Numbered from the stretch's first letter, positions 21,510 through 31,329 are shown. The stretch: DNA of 64,000 nt from Opitutia bacterium (GCA_947478395.1 CANJVR010000001.1:800001-864000), one strand, 5' to 3'. Numbers and translations: made by a program. Notes: generated by a model not told the origin, from the letters alone.

Positions 21510-22832
21510 TTAGATCACGAAATCACCGTTCTCCTGCTTCGCGATTTCGCGAGGCGGATTCAACATGCCCGCAGCCACGGTGGCATTGGTGCCCTGCTCG
21601 ATAAGAATAAATGAACCCGTCAGCCGGTTCGTGGCGTAACCGTCGAACACGAGCGGTTTCGCCGCGCGCAGGCGGATTTCACCGATGTCGTTCATCGCGA
21701 GCTCGGCGGGGTCGGGCTCCGTTTCGAGCGTGCTCATGTTGAGCCGGTTCGTGATGCCCGTGACGACGACTTGGACGGTGTGCGTGGTGTGCTTGAGGAA
21801 ATATTTCTTCCCGCGTTGCAGCGCGCGCGGATGCATCCAGCACACCTCCGCCTCCAATTCACTGCTCGAGCCCGGCAATTGATCGGCTGCAATGATCATG
21901 CTACCACGGCTGATGTCGATGTCGTGCTCGAGGACCAGCGTGACCGACTGCGGACAAAACGCCTCGGCGACCGGACCGTCGTAGGTCCAGATTTGTTTTA
22001 CCGTCGTCACGATGCCCGCGGGCAGCGCGATTACTTTTTGTCCCGTGCGGACAATCCCGCCAGCGATCTGGCCGCTAAAACCGCGGAAATCATGGAGCGC
22101 GGGATCGCTCGGATTGTTGGGGCGGTTGACCCACTGCACGGGCAGGCGAAAGCCGTTGAGGTTCCAATCGCTCGCGATGTGCACGGTTTCCAAATGACCG
22201 AGCAGCGTCGGTCCGGAATACCACGGGGTATGCGGTGATGCATCGACAACGTTGTCCCCGTTCAGCGCGCTCAGCGGAATGAACTTCACATCCTTGATGT
22301 CAAAGCGTGGGAGGAACTCCTCGAACTGCGCGCGAATCTCGAGGAAGCGCGCCTCACTCCAGCCCACGAGGTCCATTTTGTTGATGGCCACGACCAAATG
22401 AGGAATGCGCAGCAGGGCGGCGATGGCGGTGTGGCGCCGGCTCTGCTCAATCACGCCGAGCCGGGCATCGACCAATACGATCGCGAGATTCGAGAGCGAC
22501 GCCCCGGTCACCATGTTGCGCGTGTACTGCACGTGGCCCGGCGTGTCCGCGATGATGAACTTGCGGCGCGGCGTCGCAAAGTAACGGTACGCGACGTCGA
22601 TGGTGATGCCCTGTTCGCGCTCGGCGCGAAGGCCATCGGTGAGGTTGGCAAGATTGATCTGACCGCCGCCGGTGATGTCGGCCGAACGCTCGAGGGCCTC
22701 GATTTGGTCCTCCATGAGCGATTTTGAATCGTAGAGCAGACGACCGATCAGCGTGGATTTTCCATCGTCGACGCTGCCGCACGTATTGAGGCGCAGGATA
22801 TCGACGGGAACAGTGGCAGATAAAACAGACAT
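21510..22832 (-). CDS. cysN: Sulfate adenylyltransferase subunit 1 (no fused APS kinase)
   Basis: CGSVDDGKSTLIGRLL, EREQGITIDVAYRYF, ADTPGH, NKMD. Confidence 0.96.
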   Translation of the reverse strand: MSVLSATVPVDILRLNTCGSVDDGKSTLIGRLLYDSKSLMEDQIEALERSADITGGGQINLANLTDGLRAEREQGITIDVAYRYFATPRRKFIIADTPGHVQYTRNMVTGASLSNLAIVLVDARLGVIEQSRRHTAIAALLRIPHLVVAINKMDLVGWSEARFLEIRAQFEEFLPRFDIKDVKFIPLSALNGDNVVDASPHTPWYSGPTLLGHLETVHIASDWNLNGFRLPVQWVNRPNNPSDPALHDFRGFSGQIAGGIVRTGQKVIALPAGIVTTVKQIWTYDGPVAEAFCPQSVTLVLEHDIDISRGSMIIAADQLPGSSSELEAEVCWMHPRALQRGKKYFLKHTTHTVQVVVTGITNRLNMSTLETEPDPAELAMNDIGEIRLRAAKPLVFDGYATNRLTGSFILIEQGTNATVAAGMLNPPREIAKQENGDFVI

Positions 22833-22858
22833 AGGAGAACTTCGAGCGTGATACGGGT

Positions 22859-23761
22859 TTAGAAGTAGCCGGCTTTTTTCCGATCTTCCATGGCAGCCTC
22901 GGAGGATTTGTCGTCGGCGCGCGAGCCGCGTTCGGTCACGCGAGCGGCGGCGATTTCGGCAATGATATCGTCCACCGTGGTGGCCGGTGACTCGACGCAG
23001 CCCGTGCTGATGATGTCGCCAATGGTCCGAACCCGCACCACGAGATCGCGGACCTCCTCGGTGGGTTTCGGCGGCACGAGATCATTGACCGGCAGCCACT
23101 GGCCGCCGCGACGCACGCATTTGCGGCGGTGGCTAAAGTAGATGCTGGGGACTTCGAGCTTCTCACGCTTGATGTATTCCCAGACGTCCATCTCGGTCCA
23201 ATTGCTGAGCGGGAAAACGCGCATGTTTTCCCCGGGATTGAGCCGGCCGTTGTAGAGATTCCAGATTTCGGGGCGCTGGTTTTTCGGATCCCACTGGCCG
23301 AAGCTGTCGCGGAAACTGAAGAAGCGCTCCTTCGCGCGCGCCTTTTCCTCGTCGCGCCGGGCACCACCAATGCAGCAGTCGAAACGAAATTCCTCGATGG
23401 CGGCGAGCAGGACCGGGATTTGGAGTCGGTTGCGGCTGATTTCGCCGGACGCGGGTTGAGCGATGCCTTTGGCGATGGCCTCCTCGACGGTGCGAATGAT
23501 GAGTTTTCCGCCCAGTTGTTTTGCCCGCCGATCGCGAAACTCATTGAGTTCGGGAAAGTGGTGGCCGGTGTCGACGTTGAGAAACGGCATCGGCAGGTCC
23601 GAAGGACGGAATGCTTTTTCCGCGAGCCGGAGCAGACAGATTGAATCCTTGCCGCCGGAGAAAAGCAGCGCGGGTCGCTCAAATTCCCCGGCGACTTCAC
23701 GCATGATGTGAATCGCCTCGGTTTCGAGATGCTGGAGATGATCGAGATGGTAGCTGGTCAT
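22859..23761 (-). CDS. cysD: Sulfate adenylyltransferase subunit 2
   Basis: FSGGKDS, GGARRDEEKARAKER, WDPKNQRPE, MEDRKKAGYF; start at MTSYHL. Confidence 0.96.
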   Translation of the reverse strand: MTSYHLDHLQHLETEAIHIMREVAGEFERPALLFSGGKDSICLLRLAEKAFRPSDLPMPFLNVDTGHHFPELNEFRDRRAKQLGGKLIIRTVEEAIAKGIAQPASGEISRNRLQIPVLLAAIEEFRFDCCIGGARRDEEKARAKERFFSFRDSFGQWDPKNQRPEIWNLYNGRLNPGENMRVFPLSNWTEMDVWEYIKREKLEVPSIYFSHRRKCVRRGGQWLPVNDLVPPKPTEEVRDLVVRVRTIGDIISTGCVESPATTVDDIIAEIAAARVTERGSRADDKSSEAAMEDRKKAGYF

Positions 23762-23810
23762 GGTCGGGGAAAAAGCGGGGCTCACGAAGGAGCGGCCGGC
23801 ATTGGCTGGT

Positions 23811-24467
23811 TTAGGCGTTGACCGCCTTTTTGCCCCATGCGGCGTGCAGCCCGCATTCACGTTTCTCATCGGCTTTGGCCGGATCGAAGTAGTCCCACTC
23901 GTTGGGCAACTGATGTTGCGCCAGGTAAGCGTCGAGATCGGCGTCGCTGCAATAAAAGAGCGGACTGACCTTGAGCGCGCCGAAATTTTCATCGAGTGAA
24001 ACGATGTCGAGACCGGCGCGATTCGGATTCTGCACTTTGCGCAACGCCGTGATCCAAACCGTGGGCGCGAGCTCCTTCATGCCGCGCTGAAAAGGTTCCA
24101 GTTTCATGACCGCACTAAACTTCTTCAGGCCCGCCTCATCCTCGGTCGTGGGAATCGGTCCATAGATCGCGTCCCGATGAGCCGCGGTCATCCTCGGCAG
24201 GTAAGGTTTTAGGTTAAGCTTCAACCGCGCCCGCAATTCTTCGGCCTGCTTGTAAGTCGCCGGACGGTTATACCCGTGATCAACCCACAGCACCGGAATG
24301 TCGGCCTGCCCTTGGACGGCGAGATGGAGAATAGCCGCTTCATACGGCCGAAAATTGGTGGAGACCACGGCCCGACCCCCGGATTGGGCGATCGCCCACC
24401 GGACAATATCGAGAGGAGATTGCCTACGTAATTCAGCGTTCCAAAGGACGAGTTCAGAAGGTGTCAT
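23811..24467 (-). CDS. cysH: (P)APS reductase lacking the Fe-S cysteine motifs
   Basis: WVDHGY, KLEPF, C-terminal KRECGLH; lies in the cys operon. Confidence 0.88.
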   Translation of the reverse strand: MTPSELVLWNAELRRQSPLDIVRWAIAQSGGRAVVSTNFRPYEAAILHLAVQGQADIPVLWVDHGYNRPATYKQAEELRARLKLNLKPYLPRMTAAHRDAIYGPIPTTEDEAGLKKFSAVMKLEPFQRGMKELAPTVWITALRKVQNPNRAGLDIVSLDENFGALKVSPLFYCSDADLDAYLAQHQLPNEWDYFDPAKADEKRECGLHAAWGKKAVNA

Positions 24468-24519
24468 GGGAAAGTTTGCAGGGACGGAAAAGGAGAAGGC
24501 TTGCCCCCGCGGATTAGTG

Positions 24520-24610
24520 CGTAAAGTTTAAAAGTACTCATTTCTACTAAAGATGTCATGTTGACATTAAACCCTTCCTTTTCAAACGATTTCCGTTAAG
24601 TAAAGACTGC
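24520..24610. promoter_or_regulatory. AT-rich divergent promoter region between cysH and cobA, with a palindrome
   Basis: ATGTCA-tgt-TGACAT at 24553-24567 overlaps a perfect TTGACA (24561-24566). Confidence 0.5.
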
Positions 24611-24616
24611 ACGTTT

Positions 24617-25402
24617 ATGAATGGCATAGTCTATCTCGTCGGCGCCGGCCCCGGCGACCCTGAGCTGCTCACCCTCAAAGCCCACCGCCTAATCGGTGCG
24701 GCGGACGCGGTGGTTTACGACTATCTGGTGGCCCCGGCCATTCTCGGGCTCGCTCGGCCGGACGCGGCAAAAATTTTCGTCGGTAAAAAAGGCGGGGGCT
24801 TCTGCTGCCCGCAAACCGACATCGAGGCCATCCTCGTGCGACTCGCCGGTGAGGGCAAAGCGGTGGTACGACTCAAAGGTGGAGATCCCTTTATCTTTGG
24901 CCGCGGTGGCGAGGAAGCGGAAACGTTGGCCGCCGCCGGTATTCCGTTTGAAATCGTGCCTGGCGTGACATCGGCGCTGGCGGCGGCGGCGTACGCGGGA
25001 ATTCCGCTCACCCACCGCACGCACGCGAGTGGCGTGGTCTTTCTCACCGGCCACGAAGATCCCGCGAAACCCGACGCTGCAATTCGCTGGGAGGAATACG
25101 GCCGGCTCGGCGCCACGATCTGCCTCTACATGGGCATGAAAAACCTGGAAACGATCACCCGCCGTCTCCAAGCCGGAGGCCTCGCCCCGCACACACCCGT
25201 CGCGGTCATTCAGTCTGCGACCACCGGCCAGCACCGCCAGCTTCTCTCGACGCTCGAAGCGGTCGCGCTCGAATCCGAACACGCCGGCTTCGGCGCTCCG
25301 GCCATCGTCGTGATCGGCGAAGTCGCCGCTCTCAGCGAGAAACTTGCCTGGTTTCACGCGTCCGACCTTGCCGCGGAAGCCTTGGCCAAGGAGGGCGGAT
25401 GA
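24617..25402 (+). CDS. cobA: Uroporphyrinogen-III C-methyltransferase
   Basis: VYLVGAGPGDPELLTLKA, RLKGGDPFIFGRGGEE, VPGVTS, GIPLTHR. Confidence 0.95.
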   Translation: MNGIVYLVGAGPGDPELLTLKAHRLIGAADAVVYDYLVAPAILGLARPDAAKIFVGKKGGGFCCPQTDIEAILVRLAGEGKAVVRLKGGDPFIFGRGGEEAETLAAAGIPFEIVPGVTSALAAAAYAGIPLTHRTHASGVVFLTGHEDPAKPDAAIRWEEYGRLGATICLYMGMKNLETITRRLQAGGLAPHTPVAVIQSATTGQHRQLLSTLEAVALESEHAGFGAPAIVVIGEVAALSEKLAWFHASDLAAEALAKEGG

Positions 25403-26280
25403 TCGTCGCGCTCATCGACAACGGCTCACTCGAACCGGCCGCGACCATCAACCTTCGCGCCGTCGCCGCCCGCCTTGCCGCGGACGCCGGCGTGCCTGTC
25501 CATGCGGTTTCCTGGAAGCACAGCGATCGCATCCCGGCCGGCCAGCTCGACGACGAGCCCGCCGCGACGTTGACGCCTTGGATGGAAACCCAGCTCGCCG
25601 CCGGCCAAACTGAGTTTTTATTCGTCCCGTTTTTCATCAGCGCCCAAGGCGCGATCGGCTCAGCACTGCGCCGCGATCTCGAAAAACTCCAGGCCGACTC
25701 CGCGCCGTTCACGTTCACTTTTACTGGCAGTCTGGCCAGCAGCGGCGTGATCCCACGGACGATCGCGGCCCGCGTGCGCGAAACCATTTCCCTCGCGTCG
25801 CTGGAGTTTCCCCGGGTCATCGTGGTCGATCACGGCGGCCCCTCGCTCGCATCCGGGGAACTTCGCAACCGCATCGCCCAGGAAGTCGGCTCGCTCCTCC
25901 TGCCGGAACCGAGCCCCCTTCCGCCGCCGCCCGGCATTGACGGCGCTCAACTCGATCGCCGGCCCACGCAGTGCGTGGTTAACGCCGCATCGATGGAAGG
26001 TGAGGAACACGCCCACAACCATCCCTTGCTCGCGCAACAACTCCGCTCACCGGGATTTTCCTCCGGTGACGTCGTGATCGCATTGCTCTTTCTCTCCCCA
26101 GGCCGCCACGCCGGCCCGGGCGGCGACGTAGCTCAGATCTGCGCCGCCGCGGAAGCCGAGAATCCTGGATTGCAGTGCCATCTCACCGATCTCGTCGGCA
26201 CACACCCACTCGCCCTCGACGCCCTCAGCGCTGCGTTGCAGAACGCCCTTTCCCCTGAATCTTCTTCCCGTCTTCCATGA
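25399..26280 (+). CDS. Sirohydrochlorin chelatase (CbiX/SirB family)
   Basis: DNGSL, VPFFIS, VDHGGP, LFLSPGRHAG; between cobA and cysI with 4-nt overlaps. Confidence 0.75.
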   Translation: MIVALIDNGSLEPAATINLRAVAARLAADAGVPVHAVSWKHSDRIPAGQLDDEPAATLTPWMETQLAAGQTEFLFVPFFISAQGAIGSALRRDLEKLQADSAPFTFTFTGSLASSGVIPRTIAARVRETISLASLEFPRVIVVDHGGPSLASGELRNRIAQEVGSLLLPEPSPLPPPPGIDGAQLDRRPTQCVVNAASMEGEEHAHNHPLLAQQLRSPGFSSGDVVIALLFLSPGRHAGPGGDVAQICAAAEAENPGLQCHLTDLVGTHPLALDALSAALQNALSPESSSRLP

Positions 26281-28055
26281 GCATCCCTCCTGAAAAATCG
26301 TCCGCGCCCACACCCGCTGCCAAGCCCCTTTCGAAAAACGAAGGCCTGAAAGCCCAAAGTAATTTCCTGCGGGGCCATATCCTGCGCGATCTCGCCGACC
26401 AGAGCACCGGAACGATCACCGAGGATAGCGCCCAGCTCACGAAATTCCACGGCATCTACGCCCAGGATGATCGCGATCTCCGGAATCAACGCCGCAAGGA
26501 AAACAAAGAAAAAGCCTTCAGTTTCATGGCGCGCATCCGCGTTCCCGGCGGCGTCTGCACGCCCGCCCAATGGCTCGCGCTCGACACCATCGCCGACACC
26601 CACGCCAACGGCACCCTCAAACTCACCACCCGCCAAGCGTTCCAGTTTCACGGCATCCTAAAGGGCGATCTCTGGCGCGCGATCAACGGCGTCAACCTGA
26701 CCCTCCTCGACACGCTGGCGGCGTGCGGCGACGTCAACCGCAACGTGATGTGCAATCCGAATCCCGAGCAGTCCGAGCTGCACGCCGAGGCACTCCGCAT
26801 CACCAAAGCCATTAGCGATCACCTGTCCCCACGTACCCGCGCCTACCATGAACTCTGGGTCGGCGGCGAACTCGTCCGCGGGGGCGAGCCCGAAGCTGAG
26901 CCGCTCTACGGCCCCACCTATCTTCCGCGCAAATTCAAGATCGTCGTCGCCATCCCTCCGAGCAACGACGTCGATATCTACGCCCACGATCTCGGTTTCA
27001 TCGCCATCGCCGATGCCTCCGGCAAAAATCTTTTGGGGTTCAATGTCACCGTCGGCGGCGGCCTCGGGATGTCGCACAACCAGATCGAAACCTACCCGCG
27101 GCTCGCCGATTCACTCGGCTTCTGCACGGTCGCTCAGGCCGTCGACGTCGCGGAAAAAATCATGGTCGTGCAACGCGACTACGGTGATCGCACGGAGCGC
27201 AAACACGCGCGTCTTAAGTACACAATCGCGGACCGCGGCATCGTCTGGTTCCGCGCTGAAGTCGAGCAACGCCTCGGCTACCGCCTCGGTTCCCCGCGCC
27301 CATTCGAGTTTACCCACACGGGAGACCGCTACGGCTGGGTCGAAGGCAAAAACGGCACGAGCCACTTCACGCTTTTCCTGCAGAGCGGCCGGATCAAGAA
27401 CACGCCCGACTACCAGCTGAAGACCGCACTCCGCGAAATCGCCCTCGCCCACACCGGCGACTTCCGCCTGACCGCAAATCAAAATTTGATGATCGCCGGC
27501 ATCACGGCGTCGAATCGCCCGCGCATCGAGGAACTCCTCCGCCAGCACAAGCTCGACACCGCCAACCAAGCCACGGGGCTGAAGCTCAACGCCATGTCCT
27601 GCGTCGCACTTCCCACCTGCGGCCTCGCCCTCGCCGAAAGCGAACGCTACCTGCCCGAACTCGTGCAAAATCTCGAAGCCGAGATTGAAGCCGCCGGTCT
27701 CCGCGACGACGCCATCACCCTGCGCATCACGGGCTGTCCCAACGGTTGCGGGCGCCCGTATCTCGCAGAAATCGGCTTCGTCGGCCGGGCTCCCGGCAAG
27801 TACAACGTCTACCTCGGCGCCGCCTTCAACGGTTCCCGTTTCAACACCCTCTACAAACCGAGCGTGCTCATCGCCGACATCGTGCCGCTCCTTAGTCCGA
27901 TCATCCGTCGCTATGCTCTGGAGCGAAACAAGCACGAGAGCTTTGGCGACTTCGTGCTTCGCGCCGGTTACGTGCAGCACACGGGCACCCCCGCGGATTT
28001 CCATGAGGCCAAGGCCGATAAATCCACCGCGATCGCCGCAACCACGCCTGCCTAA
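26277..28055 (+). CDS. cysI: Assimilatory sulfite reductase hemoprotein subunit
   Basis: KFHGIYAQDDRD, TTRQAFQFHG, ACGDVNRN, YLPRKFK, CVALPTC, TGCPNGC. Confidence 0.96.
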   Translation: MSIPPEKSSAPTPAAKPLSKNEGLKAQSNFLRGHILRDLADQSTGTITEDSAQLTKFHGIYAQDDRDLRNQRRKENKEKAFSFMARIRVPGGVCTPAQWLALDTIADTHANGTLKLTTRQAFQFHGILKGDLWRAINGVNLTLLDTLAACGDVNRNVMCNPNPEQSELHAEALRITKAISDHLSPRTRAYHELWVGGELVRGGEPEAEPLYGPTYLPRKFKIVVAIPPSNDVDIYAHDLGFIAIADASGKNLLGFNVTVGGGLGMSHNQIETYPRLADSLGFCTVAQAVDVAEKIMVVQRDYGDRTERKHARLKYTIADRGIVWFRAEVEQRLGYRLGSPRPFEFTHTGDRYGWVEGKNGTSHFTLFLQSGRIKNTPDYQLKTALREIALAHTGDFRLTANQNLMIAGITASNRPRIEELLRQHKLDTANQATGLKLNAMSCVALPTCGLALAESERYLPELVQNLEAEIEAAGLRDDAITLRITGCPNGCGRPYLAEIGFVGRAPGKYNVYLGAAFNGSRFNTLYKPSVLIADIVPLLSPIIRRYALERNKHESFGDFVLRAGYVQHTGTPADFHEAKADKSTAIAATTPA

Positions 28056-28183
28056 CCGCCTTTCACTGCGCGCGGGGTGCCCTCACCCCGCAAAACGTGG
28101 ATCTGCTAGCGACATCGCTGCAGGGCTAGGGCGCCCCGCCTACAGTTAATATCCGTCGCACGTTTCCGCCTTACTCTTCGGTT

Positions 28184-28232
28184 AAAAAAAGTTGGCCGGC
28201 CGTGTACCCCTACACGGCCGGCCTTTGCTTTC
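28184..28232. terminator. Bidirectional intrinsic terminator
   Basis: A7-gtt-GGCCGGCCGTGTA-cccc-TACACGGCCGGCC-TTTGCTTTC, 13-bp stem. Confidence 0.8.
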
Positions 28233-28430
28233 TTACTTACCCCAATCTCCCCACTAGGCGGAGGAGAAATCCGACTCCCCCTGAAGATAGCATAAATCGG
28301 GCAAAGTTCCAGCAACCGCACATTTTTTCCTAAAAAGCGTGCGGGTTGCCCCACCCCCGGTCGGCTCCCCGCCCCCTTTATCCGTAAACTTATTCGTGCG
28401 TTTCATCGGCTAAACGACCAATCATCCGGC

Positions 28431-29201
28431 ATGAAGACCCGTCGCGAAATCGTCCGAAACTGGCTTCCCCGGTACACCGGCGTCCCGCTCAAACAATTTG
28501 GCGAGTACATCCTGCTCACCAATTTTTCCCGCTACGTGCAGCTTTTTGCCCAGTGGCACAAGGTTCCCGTGCAAGGCATCGACAAGCCGATGCAAAGCGC
28601 CACCGCCGGCGATATCACGATCATCAATTTCGGGATGGGCAGCGCCACCGCCGCCACCGTCATGGACTTGCTCAGCGCGATCAAACCGAAGGCCGTGCTG
28701 TTTCTCGGCAAATGCGGCGCCGTGAAACACCGCGCCGAGATCGGCGATCTCATTTTGCCCATCGCCGCGATTCGCGGTGAAGGCACGAGCAATGACTACT
28801 TCCCACCGGAAGTCCCCGCCCTGCCCGCATTCGCTCTCCAAAAGGCGATCTCCACAACCATCCGCGATCACGCCCGCGACTACTGGACCGGTACGATCTA
28901 CACCACGAACCGCCGGGTCTGGGAGCATGACGAGGTGTTCAAAACCTACCTGAAAAAAATCCACGCGATGGCCGTAGACATGGAAACCGCGACGATTTTC
29001 ATGACCGGATTTTTCAACGGAATCCCCACGGGCGCCCTCCTGCTCGTCTCCGATCAACCCATGGTGCCGGAGGGCGTAAAAACCGCCGTCAGCGATAAGA
29101 AAGTCGATACCCACTACGTCGATGCCCACTTGAAAATCGGCATCGATTCGCTGAAGCAACTCCTCAACAAGGGGCTCACCGTGAAGCATCTCAAATTCTG
29201 A
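28431..29201 (+). CDS. amn: AMP nucleosidase (short form, PNP/UDP family)
   Basis: NWLPRYTG, INFGMGS, FLGKCG, IRGEGTSNDY, NRRVWE, AVDMETAT. Confidence 0.9.
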   Translation: MKTRREIVRNWLPRYTGVPLKQFGEYILLTNFSRYVQLFAQWHKVPVQGIDKPMQSATAGDITIINFGMGSATAATVMDLLSAIKPKAVLFLGKCGAVKHRAEIGDLILPIAAIRGEGTSNDYFPPEVPALPAFALQKAISTTIRDHARDYWTGTIYTTNRRVWEHDEVFKTYLKKIHAMAVDMETATIFMTGFFNGIPTGALLLVSDQPMVPEGVKTAVSDKKVDTHYVDAHLKIGIDSLKQLLNKGLTVKHLKF

Positions 29202-29233
29202 GTTTTCGCCGTAGAATATTCGCCCAAGCCGCC

Positions 29234-29662
29234 GTGCCACTCGCCTTCAAACTTGCCCAGCTGGTCGACGACTTCGCGCCCATCGAGGACGCCCACGAAC
29301 GCCTGGCCTTCGCCGTCGACCGCTCCCGAAGCCAGCCGCCGCGGCCCGCAATTCACACCGACGACAAGCGCGTCCTCGGCTGCATTTCCACGGTGTGGCT
29401 GGCCGCAGAGCTGCGCGATGGCCTTCTTTATTTCCAGGCGGACGCCGACTCCCCGCTCGTCCGAGGTCTCGCACTGCTTCTGACCGAATTCTTCAGCGAA
29501 ACGACTCCCGCCGAAGTTTCCGCCAGCGACGCTGATCCCCTCGCCGCGCTAAGTCTCACCGCGAACCTTTCTCCGACCCGTCAAAACGGCCTCGCCGCTG
29601 TGCGAGCGCAAATCCGCGCTCTAGCGAAGCAGCACCTCGAGGTTAAAAAATCTCCGCCCTAA
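29234..29662 (+). CDS. sufE: SufE-family sulfur acceptor
   Basis: VLGCISTVWL, ADSPLVRGL, LSPTRQNGL. Confidence 0.88.
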   Translation: MPLAFKLAQLVDDFAPIEDAHERLAFAVDRSRSQPPRPAIHTDDKRVLGCISTVWLAAELRDGLLYFQADADSPLVRGLALLLTEFFSETTPAEVSASDADPLAALSLTANLSPTRQNGLAAVRAQIRALAKQHLEVKKSPP

Positions 29663-29746
29663 TGGCGCCCGGCGCCTGCACGTGGGCCGCCCAAATTCTA
29701 ACGCCGGCCGGCCGCCCGGGGAAAATCCAGCGCCTTTAAGCCCCGC

Positions 29747-30622
29747 ATGATGAATTTATCGGACGCCCACAACCACCTCGCCTCCAGCCGACTCGCTCCG
29801 CACCTGCCGCAAATTTTTGCCGATCTTGCTGCCGCCGGCATCACGCACGCGGTTGTCAATGGCACCGACGAAACCGATTGGCTCGAGGTCGCGCGTCTCG
29901 CGGCCACGCGTTCGATGGTTATCCCGAGTTACGGTTTGCATCCTTGGGATGTAGGCAACCGTTCACCCGCGTGGTTCGATTCGCTGCGGCAACATCTCGT
30001 CGCGGACCCTCGCGCTGCGGTCGGTGAAATTGGGCTCGACCGGTGGATGCTCGATCGCGCGCGCAGCGACGACCCGCGCCTCGCGGGCCTCCGTCGCGCT
30101 CCGCTCGACGAACAGCTTTCCACCTTCACCACCCAACTCGCGCTGGCCACCGAACTACACCGGCCGGTTACCGTCCACTGCATCGATGCATTCGGTCTTC
30201 TGCTCGAAACCCTTCAAGCCGCCCAGCGCGAGCAACGCCTTCCCCCGCGGTTTCTGCTCCACGCCTACAGCGGCGCCGGTGAACTCGTGAAACCGTTTGC
30301 CGACCTCGGCGCTTATTTCTCCTTTAACGCGGCCTACCTCGCACCACGTCACGTCCGCCTGCGGGAAGTATTCCAGCTCGTGCCGCGCGATCGCCTCCTC
30401 GTCGAAACCGACGCACCCGCGATGCAGGCGCCGACGGCCTACGCACCCTTTTCACTGCCAGCCGGCCCTGACGGTCTCCGCCCCAATCATCCGGCCAACC
30501 TCGCCGCCGCCTATGCCGGACTCGCCGAGCTCAGACAGGAACCGCTCGAAATCCTTGCCTCCAACATCGCAGAAAATTTCCGGCGGTTGTTCGAAGCGAA
30601 ATCGACGGAGGCCAGCCCATAA
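29747..30622 (+). CDS. TatD-family hydrolase
   Basis: DAHNHL, GLHPW, VGEIGLD, VTVHC, LHAYSG, LVETDAP. Confidence 0.92.
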   Translation: MMNLSDAHNHLASSRLAPHLPQIFADLAAAGITHAVVNGTDETDWLEVARLAATRSMVIPSYGLHPWDVGNRSPAWFDSLRQHLVADPRAAVGEIGLDRWMLDRARSDDPRLAGLRRAPLDEQLSTFTTQLALATELHRPVTVHCIDAFGLLLETLQAAQREQRLPPRFLLHAYSGAGELVKPFADLGAYFSFNAAYLAPRHVRLREVFQLVPRDRLLVETDAPAMQAPTAYAPFSLPAGPDGLRPNHPANLAAAYAGLAELRQEPLEILASNIAENFRRLFEAKSTEASP

Positions 30623-30682
30623 AGACCGACCAGGAAAACGGTTAAATTTACCGAAAACGACAGCAGCAAGCGCATCCCGGCA

Positions 30683-30823
30683 CCGCTCGTGTTTACGCGG
30701 CGAAAAAGCGGCGGAAGCGGACGGAATGATTCCCACCTTCACTGATTCAGAAAAACAAAACCCGAGGAGTATAATCCTCAAGTTACGGCACGCGGCTCAC
30801 GACTCGGAAAGAGCCGCCAGCGA
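30683..30823 (-). repeat. Structured repeat copy 1 (degenerate; lacks the first hairpin)
   Basis: Shares CCGAGGA..TCCTC and GACTCGGAAAGAGCCGC with copies 2/3, and the left flank CCGCTCGT..GCGGCGGAAGC with copy 2. Confidence 0.75.
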
Positions 30824-30870
30824 GCTCCAACTTGATCTAGTGTGGCCGTAGCTACGGTACAACCACCGTT

Positions 30871-31045
30871 CCGCTCGTTTTTGCCCCGGTGAAACGGCGG
30901 CGGCGGAAGCAGAACTAGCGCCGCCTCCCCTGACTCAGGAAAACGAAAAAACCGAGGACGTTGAATCCTCGGTTTTCGAAACGTCGCCCACAGCTCGAAA
31001 ACGAGCCGCGGGCGACGGTGGGCAGTTAAAAGTTAACTGTTACAG
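30871..31045 (-). repeat. Structured repeat copy 2 (three hairpins ending in an intrinsic terminator), directly after the small ORF stop
   Basis: Core 30938-31045 aligns to 31454-31560 with about 10 substitutions and 1 gap (manual count). Confidence 0.9.
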
Positions 31046-31050
31046 AACAA

Positions 31051-31230
31051 TCAGCGGCTATCGCCATCGTGATCCACATCGCCCGCTGGGACGGCTGGAG
31101 CCGCGGCAGGGGCGGCGGAAGCAGCTTTCGCGGCTTGTTTAGCGGCGATTTGCGCGGCTAGTCTTTCTTGGTAAATAGAGGCGGCATCGCTGCCAGAAGA
31201 AGAACCGTAGCTGCTGATGGAGGAGGACAT
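31051..31230 (-). CDS. Small protein, 59 aa, not in the ORF track: MSSSISSYGSSSGSDAASIYQERLAAQIAAKQAAKAASAAPAAAPAVPAGDVDHDGDSR
   Basis: Manual translation from ATG 31230 to TGA 31051; A-rich translation-initiation region; promoter-like motif upstream and terminator element downstream. Confidence 0.75.
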   Translation of the reverse strand: MSSSISSYGSSSGSDAASIYQERLAAQIAAKQAAKAASAAPAAAPAVPAGDVDHDGDSR

Positions 31231-31302
31231 TTTATTTTGTCTTTAAGGAACTGCTGGGAGCTATTGGCGGTTAACACCGGCATGAAAGCTCCTGTTACCT
31301 AC

Positions 31303-31329
31303 CTAACGGTTAATTATGAATTTACTTAA
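31303..31329 (-). promoter_or_regulatory. Candidate sigma28 (FliA)-type promoter
   Basis: TTAAGTAA-N11-ACCGTTAG versus consensus TAAAGTTT-N11-GCCGATAA. Confidence 0.45.

Noticed and set aside
28290..28305. sigma54 promoter for the candidate sRNA (TTGCCCGATTTATGCT)
   Set aside because: The invariant -24 GG is TG; the extended -10 reading fits better
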